From the IMG/VR virus record IMGVR_UViG_3300026122_000001: a DNA stretch of 64,000 bases; one strand, written 5' to 3'. Shown piece after piece: positions 55,742 to 64,000 of the stretch (position 1 is the first letter of the stretch; every line of letters starts with the position of its first letter). A program made the translations under genes and the position numbers. The stretch comes from a virus (Duplodnaviria; Heunggongvirae; Uroviricota; Caudoviricetes). The notes below the pieces were generated by a model, which was not told the DNA's origin, made no database searches, and was given only the letters and a program-made list of their open reading frames with translations.

Positions 55742-58087
55742 TTATGCAAAGATCACTTGACCAGTGCTGCTCTCTTGTACGCTTACATCGCCTTGGAAGT
55801 CAATGGTGGGGCTGTTTGTTGTCATATCAACCGTCAGGTCCACAGTGTTGGTGCATTGATAGATCACGTCCCCAGTGAATGTGTGGGTCCCTGCGCCATA
55901 CCTAATCGTGTGGTCTACGCTACTTGGCGAACTGACGCGCAACGTGCCACAGTCGATTGTGCCCGCCACATATGTGTTACCAGGAAGGGGGTATTGAATG
56001 TACCCGGTGGTTGTGTCCCATGTCCCGTCGAGCACGGTGATATTGGATTGTGCAAACGATAGATAACCTGTGCCTGTCACCAAACCGCCAGTGTTTAGGA
56101 TAAAGTTCACATAATAGCATCCAATGTCGCCTGTGCAAGTGAGGGTCCCATCCACAGTGAAATCTCCAGTGTTGGACCTGAAGACTTGGCCGGATGGAAT
56201 CGTGTACGAACCTGTAATCCACAATGCATAACAGTAGGTGCTACTAGCAGTCATACCTACAGTTTTGCCGGTACCGGTAAGCTTTAGCACCGAGGTACCA
56301 TAATCAACAGTACCGCAGCCAACCCAGTCCACGTTACCGCTGCACTCCCAGGTCCCAGAACCCATGTACAATGTGTCCCCAGCGTTGGTTAATGTCCAGT
56401 CGCCGGTGGTGACATTGTAGCCATTGGCGTTGAAGTTTCCGTCCTGGATGTCCAGGCTGGCACAGCAGAGGTCGGCGTTGAGTGTCAGTGTGCCGCCAGA
56501 CTTGTTGACAACAACATTGCCCACACAGTCATCGAATGCGATACCCTGGTCTGCTGAGCCCGTAAAGGTCAGGGTGTCGCCAGCACCCAGAGTCCAGAAG
56601 ACACGCCCTGTTGAAAGGTAGTCCTCTGTGTAATCTCCCTGAATCTCGATAGTGGGATTGTTGGTGGTGTCGATGTACAAATCATATGTGTTTTGTGTCT
56701 GGGCTTCTATATCCTCGAAGATGTAGGTACCCGCCTGAAACTTCAGTGTGGAGTCGCCTGTGGGGGCTGCGCGTTCACGTAGATAAAATATGTCCGTCAC
56801 GTTGGAATAATCCCCGGGGTCCAACACAGAGGTTGCTTCTGGGTCATCAAAATAGATGTTCGCTACAGTCAATGTTCCGTCGTTTCCGATCAGCCCCTTG
56901 GCCGAGCCCGGATTGAATACTTGTAGCCAACCATCACCTGACACACCGCCATTGATGTCCAGTGTGGCTGTCGGTTGTACATTGAGGGCCGTTCCAGACA
57001 CAGCCGCCAGAGTTCCGTCAATCACGCCCGCACCGTCGTACCTAATCTGACCAGCATCCAAGGTATAAGTGCCAGTTATCCAAATGTCGTTGTGATAATG
57101 GGTAGCTGGTGGGAAGCTCACCGTCTTGCCAGCCCCAGTGAGTTTGAATTGACTGGTCTCTTTTGTGATGGCATCAAGGTCCACAGTGTCAAGGTTGCCA
57201 GAGATTTCCCAGGTTTGTGAACCGGCCACAACCGAATTGGATTCAAGCAGCACGTCGCCTCGCAGGTCAAGTCCATAAGTGTTGGCATCGAAGGTACCTT
57301 GGTGGACATCAAAGCCCGCGCAGTCAATCGCCGCCTCCAGAGTTGCTGTGTGGGTGGTGCCGTCAGTTGATCCGTTATTGGTGATAGTGAGTCCACCGAC
57401 TCCCGTGGAATAATCACCACGCTTCATTGCGCACGCCCACTTCAGGTTGGTGGGATCAATTTCACTGACGCGGATACCGCCTGCCAAGGCGTGGCGATCC
57501 GCCTTTGACAGAACAGCATCCCATTTACCCCAGTTGCACATGTCTCCGCTGAAGAAGCGGTCGGACGCCAACGAATAGCAGGCACCAATGTACCATGGGG
57601 AAACTGGATCGATGGCAGTCATGCTGGTGCCTGCATTCCTGCCGATTTCTCGACCATCCAGGTACAAAATAAAATCGTCCCCGTCGCGGACCAACAGGAA
57701 ATGGTGCCAAACAGACAGGGTGATTTCTGTCACGCTGGTTGGCGAAATACCATAACTGCCTCCAGTCGAGACAACCCCTGTCTGTAGCCAATCCCCAAGG
57801 TCATGACGTATAAGCAGATACAGCCGTCTTGTGGCGTCCCTGAAGTCAAACACATACCTGACATCATCGAGACTGTCTTCTGGCTTTATCCAGCCTCCGA
57901 CACTCCAGTCTCCGTCGGGGAAGTCAACCAGGGCGTCATCATCGAATGTCACATAGTCATTGATGCCATCAAAACTCCAACCTTCAAAGAGGTTCACACT
58001 GACTGGGTCAGTCTGCATCGTACCGTGATCGATGCTCTTGTTCGCACCGCCTGTAATCCAAATCGCCATGATTATTCCTCCAGCCAA
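55742..58087 (-). CDS. giant-repeat paralogue (781 aa) with N-terminal LamG/ConA-like domain and beta-helix-like repeats; putative fibre protein
   Basis: 'WSVGGWIKPEDS...VWHHFLLVRDGDDFILYLDGREIG' LamG-like block, then T/G/N-rich repeats similar to the neighbouring giants. Confidence 0.65.
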   Translation of the reverse strand: MAGGIIMAIWITGGANKSIDHGTMQTDPVSVNLFEGWSFDGINDYVTFDDDALVDFPDGDWSVGGWIKPEDSLDDVRYVFDFRDATRRLYLLIRHDLGDWLQTGVVSTGGSYGISPTSVTEITLSVWHHFLLVRDGDDFILYLDGREIGRNAGTSMTAIDPVSPWYIGACYSLASDRFFSGDMCNWGKWDAVLSKADRHALAGGIRVSEIDPTNLKWACAMKRGDYSTGVGGLTITNNGSTDGTTHTATLEAAIDCAGFDVHQGTFDANTYGLDLRGDVLLESNSVVAGSQTWEISGNLDTVDLDAITKETSQFKLTGAGKTVSFPPATHYHNDIWITGTYTLDAGQIRYDGAGVIDGTLAAVSGTALNVQPTATLDINGGVSGDGWLQVFNPGSAKGLIGNDGTLTVANIYFDDPEATSVLDPGDYSNVTDIFYLRERAAPTGDSTLKFQAGTYIFEDIEAQTQNTYDLYIDTTNNPTIEIQGDYTEDYLSTGRVFWTLGAGDTLTFTGSADQGIAFDDCVGNVVVNKSGGTLTLNADLCCASLDIQDGNFNANGYNVTTGDWTLTNAGDTLYMGSGTWECSGNVDWVGCGTVDYGTSVLKLTGTGKTVGMTASSTYCYALWITGSYTIPSGQVFRSNTGDFTVDGTLTCTGDIGCYYVNFILNTGGLVTGTGYLSFAQSNITVLDGTWDTTTGYIQYPLPGNTYVAGTIDCGTLRVSSPSSVDHTIRYGAGTHTFTGDVIYQCTNTVDLTVDMTTNSPTIDFQGDVSVQESSTGQVIFA

Positions 58088-61000
58088 ACTACCGTGCCAG
58101 CAGCGTCATTGACTACGATGCCACCAGCGGGTAAGAAGATACGTGCGCCATTGGTGTTATCAATCGTGAGAGTGTTAGCAGAGTAAGCATACAATTCTAC
58201 CATAGTCGCGCAATCGAAAACGTAAGTGGTATCAGACAGCTTGAACACTGGGGCCCCGCCAGTAGTGCTGAATTGAAGTATATCCGGGTTGTAAATCCCA
58301 CCAGCCAGCACTGCCGTATTGGTCCATCGCTCCAGCCGTAGTGTGGCGATATCACAAACACCGTCCATGATATCAATACCAGACCCAGCCGTGGCATACA
58401 TAGACCGACACACGCCAGCACCCGTCAGGAGGCCAGTAGTCTTTACCCTCAGGAGGCTGCCATACATCGATCCCAGCGTACAACTGGCATTAACAGTCAG
58501 CGTGCCATCAATGGTAATTTTGCCATCCCGGGCCCAAGCACCATTGACATCACTGATGGTGACAGACGCCCCGGTGTCGATCCACAACGAATAAAGGCCA
58601 TTGTTGTATTTTGTGACGACCGTGACGCCAGTACCTGTCATCCTTACAATCGACGTTTGGTGTGTGCCATTCAGACTGTTTGCAAGGCTATCCCATGACC
58701 CACCAAGTTCCCAGAAGCTTACGGCACCCATCCAAACCTCATCAGCAGACAGGAGGTCCACATTGGACGTTACAGTGACATTATAGTCGTTGGCGTCCCA
58801 CTCACCATCATTGATGACAAAGTTCTCGCAGACAAAGTCGTTTGCCATAGTGACCCGGCCCGCGCTTTTGTTCACCGTCACATTATCAATGGCCTTACCA
58901 TCGAAGTCGATTGACTGGTTACCCACCCCTGTAAAGGCCACCGACCCAGTACCAATGGTCCAGGTCATTGTCCCCGAGTTGATCTTACCAACTACGTTAC
59001 CCTGGAAGACCAATGATGGGTCGTTGGTGGAGTTGTTGATATGCACGGTGTCGATGGCATGATGGGGGCTAAAGGCGACATCTCCAGTGAATGTAGTTGT
59101 GCCGCCATCAAAGTTGAACTCGCCACCAGTAATATCTGAGCCAAAATGTACAGAGGCGCTATCATACTGGGCGGCAGCCATGGCGGTGATACCAGTGGTG
59201 GTGGTGTTAAGGTACAATTCCAGATAGTACACATCAATGGTTCCTGTCATTGACGTAATCCCCTCGCCGGGAGAACCTATGTATATCTTGAGGCGGCCAT
59301 CACCAGTCACGGTGCCAGAAACATCAACAGCACCCCGGGGGATAATAGCCAGGCCTGATGGGATTGTTAATGTGGCATCAACATCCAGAGCTTCACAGTA
59401 GCCGGTTGCGGCTACCGTTGTATTACCTGCAATCCAGATATCGGGGTGAGTTGGCCAACTTGTGGACTGAAGCGACAGGGTTTTACCGGCCCCAATCATC
59501 TTGATGGTGGCAGTACCCTTTGTGATTGTGGTCACATCAGCGAAGTCGGCGTCACCACCAAACTGCCAGGTTCCGGTTCCGAAATCAACTTCCCCACCAT
59601 CAAAGGCTGCATCGCCACTGGCTGTGAAGTTGTAGGTCACCCCGTCGAGTTTTCCGGTGTAGCCAGATTGCATGTCGGCCCCCGCCACGCTCCAAGCGAG
59701 GTCCAGCGAGCAATCATCCGTGACACCATCATCCCAGATCGGTGTATCCAACAGGCTGGGCACGCCCGCATTGTCCACGGTTCCACTCTCGGAACCCCAG
59801 TTGCGGTAATCGTCCACCAGACCATTGGCGGCACCATTGGTCCAGTACAAGCCATCAAACGCCCAGTTGACATTGCTGCCTTCGTTGATCGAATTGGTGC
59901 AATGGATGGTCTCGCCGCCGGACGCATCCGAGTTCTGCACTGTGACATGTTGAACCGTCATGGTTGGACTCGTGACATTCAGGTACCAAGTGGCGGCAGC
60001 ACCAAGATCAAGTTTGGCACCGGACTGACCGGTCATGGTAATCTGACCACCAACATTGATTGTGCAACCACTGAGGCCCGCAACGATGAAGCTACCACCG
60101 GTGCCAACAGTGAAGTTGCCAACCGTGTCCAACGTGTAGCCATTGAGGTCCAAAGTTCCAGTCTGGACATTAAGCGAATCGGTTTTGAGATTACTGGCCA
60201 TACTCAGTGTACCAGACTCGGTGACAACGATGTCTTCAATCGTTTGGGTGGCAACAGTAGACATGGTAAAGGTGTGAGTGCCCCCACCTGACAGGGTGAT
60301 GGTCCCTGTACCTTTGCTCCATGTTAGTGTGCCGCCATTATCATCGAAGTACAGATCACCCGCAACATCAAATGACGGGCTGTTGATAGCATTGTTCACA
60401 TGACATGTTTCGCCAGTACCAGATTGCATACGCAAGAACCCTGTGATGGTATAGAGTTCGTTGTTCAATCTGATATCTGAGTCGGCAGCATTAGTGTGGA
60501 GCCATACGTTGGAATCATAGGTCCCGCCTATGAACACACCTGTGCTGGTCGTATCACGGACATAGAAGTCAGCGACAGAGAGTGTCCCGTCAATAACCGT
60601 AAGTCCGCCGCCATCGGTGTTACCAGTACATATGCAACCACCAGCACCGGTAAGAGTGCCACCCGTATTGATCTTGAGTTGCGAGGCACCTTGGCAAATG
60701 AGGTACTCGGCTGCGGATACCGTCACGGTTCCATCAATAATCATGTCCCCGGTGTTGACATACGCATATGTGGAGTCAATAGCATACGAACCAGTCACCC
60801 AGATGCTGTACACGCCCAGTGTGTTGTTGCCACGGTAGTATTTGCTGGCCCCAATAAGTTTGAGTTGGCTAGAGCCACGGGTCGCACTGGGCACGTCTAT
60901 CCAATTCACATTGCCGCCACAAATGATGTCCCCAGAGCCCCAGTTAATGTAGGAGTTGTCTGCAATGAGATCACCAGTGATGGTGATGATGGCATCACCG

Positions 61001-63978
61001 AAGTCCCAATAGCCTGTGGTCAACGTGAGAGACTCAGTCGTGAATGTACCGGAGATCGTAGCAACATTGGTACCAGTCTTGGTGGAGACAATTTCTTCCA
61101 TGTCAAAGTTATCGAAGTTCAAAGCCTGCGTGGCGGTGCCCTCGATACCAACGGTACCGGTGCCCTTGGTCCAGGTGGGCAAACCATCACCAGTAGCGGG
61201 CTGCATTTGTGTGAAGTCGCCTTGGAAGTTGACATCTGGATTGTTGGAGTTGTCCCAAATTAGGTCGCCATCCCACCCGTCATAGTTACGCATGAGTACC
61301 TCTTTGGCAAACGTGTAAGTGCCAGCACTCAGCTTGAATGTTCTGTCGCCATTTGTGAGATTTCGTATCTCTACCTTTTCGGGGTATGTTCCAGGTACCC
61401 AGGTTGCCGTGGGGCTGGGCATTTGAATTCGCATACCGCCATCCACAGAGAATGTCCCGTCCAGGACGGCAAGCCCGCCTGCGGGATAATAGAAGTTGAA
61501 GACATTGGTGCCATCAACAACTGCACCGCTGTTGATGCTAACTACGCCCGTGTTCCCGGACTGCAAGGTTCTATTCACATGCACAGTGCCATCAATACGC
61601 AGTGGGCCACCGCTTACTTTGCAGCCATGGGTAGCGTCCCCATCAATGGTAACTTCAGCCGTGGGGTACACACGCAAGGAGTACAAGAACTGGGTCAGCA
61701 ACATGTAGATTGAACCCGTCCCACGCATATGCAATTCAGAAGTCTCATCGTCGATGGTGCCACCAGAAACATTGAAGTCACCCCAGACATGCCAGTCGCC
61801 ATTGGTGCCCATTTGGATCGTGCCACCTTCCGCGAGCAATCCAAGCTGTGTGGTACTGTCCCCGATGTAGAAATCCGTGTCGTTTGAGAGATCGAGGATG
61901 CCGTCAAAATCAGCATGCAGATGCAAACTCCTACAATAAGCGTGCCCGGGTGTATTGCATTTTTCGGAACCGTTGGCATCAAAATGCACATCATCATCGA
62001 CTGTTGGGTATGGCGCAATGCTGGGGCCACCACTGTAATAAGCCCAGGTATCCCCTTCGGTTACTTGCTGCCAAGTTCCGCTGCCACCGCTTTCACGTAC
62101 CCAGTACCGCTGTCGGTTGTCGCCGATATGATTGACCGCCAGTATGGTTTCGGCAGCCAGCCCCAGGACAACATTTCTGGCTCCGTCACTGACGAGCGCT
62201 AGCGTGTTGGAGGCGGCTAGATTCAGCACGAAATTCTTGTCGCTTCCGTCAATCATGGCCAGAGTATCTGTGGCATACCGGTCAAAGATGGCATCAAAGC
62301 TGGCAGCTTGGCTCACGATCAGGCTATCTGATCCAAGACGTTGCAAGCTGAAACCTAGCACGTTGCTGTGTGACAAAGCAAGAGTGTTCTCAGCACTTTC
62401 CGGCCGTGATTCATTTTCGTCAGCCTGGGCGGTTAGGGTCAGTGTGTCAGCAACTGACTTGTTGTAGACGCCATTGAGATTCAAAGCATCAGAGACCGTT
62501 AGAGTCGCGGAACCGTCCAGCACCCATACCGTATTCTGGTCGCTGCTATCAGTTGGTGTAAGTGTGTTGGAAGCCGCACGGACCCACACGCCGTCAAACA
62601 CAGCAGCGTCAGATACAGTGAGGGTGTTTGCGTGATTCAACGTAAGGACAAAAAGCTTAGCACTCGCGTCTGTTAGAGTCAGCGAGTTACTGAGTGTCCG
62701 GACTCGAACCATATTAACGCTGGCGGCATCAGTTACGGTGACAGTATTGGATGCGGACTCCACGGTGAACCGATTCACGCTCACAACGTGTGATACAGCC
62801 AGGGTGCTGCTTGCATGCCGGAACCATACTTGAATCCGCCAATGCACATCGAGACCAAGGATACCGTTTGCAAGGCTGTCAGTATAGATCGCAGTGTTAT
62901 TGTTACCATCAGCACCCACTACATACACATCGTTGTCAGTTGAGTAGTACAGCTTGTTGTTGATCGGGTTGTAGGACAAATCATACACGGTCTCGCCGAC
63001 TGACAGAATCTCTGTGTTGCCAGTGCCGGATGTTGTGATACGGTAGATTTTGTCGTCATCGCTGTCGAAGTAATAGATGTAGTCGTTGATGAAGTCCACA
63101 GCCAGTCTGGTGATGGTCCCCAGGCTGGAAGCCACCGTGGCAAGATTGCTACCATCCAAGTCACATTTCTGAAGCGTGTTGGTTCCTTCCGAGGCCATAA
63201 AGAGAACAGCGTTTTCTTCATCAACCGCCAAACCACGTTTGGTATCAGATGGCCCGGCACCATCCAGTTCTAAACTGGTGAATAGCTGAGATGAGTTGCT
63301 ACCATCCAAGTCGGCTACCCACACACCGTTCCCGGCGTCCGACCAGTAGACCTTGTCGGGCCCAACTGCCAGCCCCTGTGGATCAGAGATACCACCAATG
63401 ACATTGTCAATTGTGGAAGTGCCATCAATGTTGGCGCGATCGATTTCGCCGTCGCCATTTTCGATGAAGTAGATTTTCTCGGAACTCAAATCCAGACGGG
63501 CGTCCCAACCGTCTGTGATGTCAGAAGTCCATACATCCTCGACATTGCCCCCATCAAGGTCCATCCGGAATATCTTGTTGTTGGTGCTGTCAAAGACATA
63601 GACTTTCTGGAACACAACCGGCACCAAACTGAAGATGGCCGCATCGGTCATAGCCAACGTGGATTCTGGGTTCCTGAGCCACGAATTCCAGGCTCGACTT
63701 TGCCACGCAAGCGTGTTCTCCCCAACCCGGGTGATGGTTTGATTGAAGGTGGCCGAATCTGTCAGACTGAGGGTGTTCGATGGGGTCTCGGTCTTGAGGC
63801 TCACAAGGACCACAGCGTCGGTTAGGGCCGTGGTGTGGCTGAGGGCCCTCTGATAGACGGTCGAGGCCTCGGCAGCGTCTGTGGGGCTCACAGAGCTTGT
63901 GGCGGCTCGGTTGAGGATGCTGACCTCTGTGGCCACACTGGACAGGGTTGGGCTGGTCGCCGCCGACCGGGCGGCCAC
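58072..63978 (-). CDS. giant repeat protein, 5'-truncated at window edge (>1968 aa): YWTD-like beta-propeller, tandem 'NTLxLTD' repeats, beta-helix-like repeats; putative fibre/adhesin
   Basis: The ORF runs to the window end without a start codon. Propeller blades (KIFRMDLDGGN, EKIYFIENGDGEIDRANIDGTS, DKVYWSDAGNGVWVADLDGSN) and ~20 tandem copies of an ~18-aa 'SNTLTxTDxAxxN' unit. Confidence 0.65.
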   Translation of the reverse strand: MAARSAATSPTLSSVATEVSILNRAATSSVSPTDAAEASTVYQRALSHTTALTDAVVLVSLKTETPSNTLSLTDSATFNQTITRVGENTLAWQSRAWNSWLRNPESTLAMTDAAIFSLVPVVFQKVYVFDSTNNKIFRMDLDGGNVEDVWTSDITDGWDARLDLSSEKIYFIENGDGEIDRANIDGTSTIDNVIGGISDPQGLAVGPDKVYWSDAGNGVWVADLDGSNSSQLFTSLELDGAGPSDTKRGLAVDEENAVLFMASEGTNTLQKCDLDGSNLATVASSLGTITRLAVDFINDYIYYFDSDDDKIYRITTSGTGNTEILSVGETVYDLSYNPINNKLYYSTDNDVYVVGADGNNNTAIYTDSLANGILGLDVHWRIQVWFRHASSTLAVSHVVSVNRFTVESASNTVTVTDAASVNMVRVRTLSNSLTLTDASAKLFVLTLNHANTLTVSDAAVFDGVWVRAASNTLTPTDSSDQNTVWVLDGSATLTVSDALNLNGVYNKSVADTLTLTAQADENESRPESAENTLALSHSNVLGFSLQRLGSDSLIVSQAASFDAIFDRYATDTLAMIDGSDKNFVLNLAASNTLALVSDGARNVVLGLAAETILAVNHIGDNRQRYWVRESGGSGTWQQVTEGDTWAYYSGGPSIAPYPTVDDDVHFDANGSEKCNTPGHAYCRSLHLHADFDGILDLSNDTDFYIGDSTTQLGLLAEGGTIQMGTNGDWHVWGDFNVSGGTIDDETSELHMRGTGSIYMLLTQFLYSLRVYPTAEVTIDGDATHGCKVSGGPLRIDGTVHVNRTLQSGNTGVVSINSGAVVDGTNVFNFYYPAGGLAVLDGTFSVDGGMRIQMPSPTATWVPGTYPEKVEIRNLTNGDRTFKLSAGTYTFAKEVLMRNYDGWDGDLIWDNSNNPDVNFQGDFTQMQPATGDGLPTWTKGTGTVGIEGTATQALNFDNFDMEEIVSTKTGTNVATISGTFTTESLTLTTGYWDFGDAIITITGDLIADNSYINWGSGDIICGGNVNWIDVPSATRGSSQLKLIGASKYYRGNNTLGVYSIWVTGSYAIDSTYAYVNTGDMIIDGTVTVSAAEYLICQGASQLKINTGGTLTGAGGCICTGNTDGGGLTVIDGTLSVADFYVRDTTSTGVFIGGTYDSNVWLHTNAADSDIRLNNELYTITGFLRMQSGTGETCHVNNAINSPSFDVAGDLYFDDNGGTLTWSKGTGTITLSGGGTHTFTMSTVATQTIEDIVVTESGTLSMASNLKTDSLNVQTGTLDLNGYTLDTVGNFTVGTGGSFIVAGLSGCTINVGGQITMTGQSGAKLDLGAAATWYLNVTSPTMTVQHVTVQNSDASGGETIHCTNSINEGSNVNWAFDGLYWTNGAANGLVDDYRNWGSESGTVDNAGVPSLLDTPIWDDGVTDDCSLDLAWSVAGADMQSGYTGKLDGVTYNFTASGDAAFDGGEVDFGTGTWQFGGDADFADVTTITKGTATIKMIGAGKTLSLQSTSWPTHPDIWIAGNTTVAATGYCEALDVDATLTIPSGLAIIPRGAVDVSGTVTGDGRLKIYIGSPGEGITSMTGTIDVYYLELYLNTTTTGITAMAAAQYDSASVHFGSDITGGEFNFDGGTTTFTGDVAFSPHHAIDTVHINNSTNDPSLVFQGNVVGKINSGTMTWTIGTGSVAFTGVGNQSIDFDGKAIDNVTVNKSAGRVTMANDFVCENFVINDGEWDANDYNVTVTSNVDLLSADEVWMGAVSFWELGGSWDSLANSLNGTHQTSIVRMTGTGVTVVTKYNNGLYSLWIDTGASVTISDVNGAWARDGKITIDGTLTVNASCTLGSMYGSLLRVKTTGLLTGAGVCRSMYATAGSGIDIMDGVCDIATLRLERWTNTAVLAGGIYNPDILQFSTTGGAPVFKLSDTTYVFDCATMVELYAYSANTLTIDNTNGARIFLPAGGIVVNDAAGTVVWLEE

Positions 63979-64000
63979 GAAGATACGTGTCGCCGTGTCG

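Overview
The window looks like part of a large dsDNA phage or prophage genome, about 55% GC. Genes are tightly packed, mostly on the minus strand, with one plus-strand replication module at roughly 35.7-40.9 kb.

I could support the following gene groups from the sequence:

- **tRNAs:** four canonical tRNAs (Asn-GTT, Thr-TGT, Glu-TTC, Met-CAT), plus several non-canonical tRNA-like elements.
- **Nucleotide metabolism:** NrdJ class II ribonucleotide reductase, ThyX, dCMP deaminase, a T4 gp1-like dNMP kinase, MazG-like and Nudix pyrophosphohydrolases, and a nucleoside 2-deoxyribosyltransferase-like protein.
- **Replication and partition:** an AEP primase-polymerase fused to an SF3 helicase, a DnaQ-like exonuclease, an SF2 helicase, and a ParB-like protein beside an iteron/inverted-repeat region.
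- **RNA-centred genes:** a Thg1-like tRNA-His guanylyltransferase, a polynucleotide-kinase-like P-loop kinase, an HTH-fused metallophosphoesterase, an ATP-dependent RNA ligase with an N-terminal tRNA-binding-like fold, an N-terminally truncated Ro60 (TROVE/vWA) orthologue lying next to an array of tRNA-like modules (candidate Y RNA), and a standalone ValRS C-terminal-domain-like protein.
- **Modification enzymes:** a GT41 (OGT/HMW1C-like) glycosyltransferase, a sulfotransferase-like protein and a TylC3-type C-methyltransferase-like protein. Together with the kinase, phosphoesterase and ligase they form one six-gene operon with overlapping stop/start codons.
- **Other:** a radical SAM + vWA pair, two SPFH proteins, an M28 peptidase, an HNH endonuclease and an AP2-domain protein.
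- **Structural region:** the last ~17 kb encodes three giant paralogous repeat proteins (beta-helix-like repeats, YWTD beta-propellers, LamG/ConA-like domains) rich in N-x-S/T sequons. They look like tail-fibre or adhesin proteins.

The most interesting hypotheses are two. First, the six-gene operon may couple RNA end-healing and sealing to glycosyl, sulfo and methyl modification. Second, a Ro60 plus Y-RNA-like plus tRNA repair toolkit may act as counter-defence against host tRNA-targeting nucleases. An alternative reading is GT41-mediated glycosylation of the giant fibres.

All calls rest on motif recognition by eye. No database searches were run.
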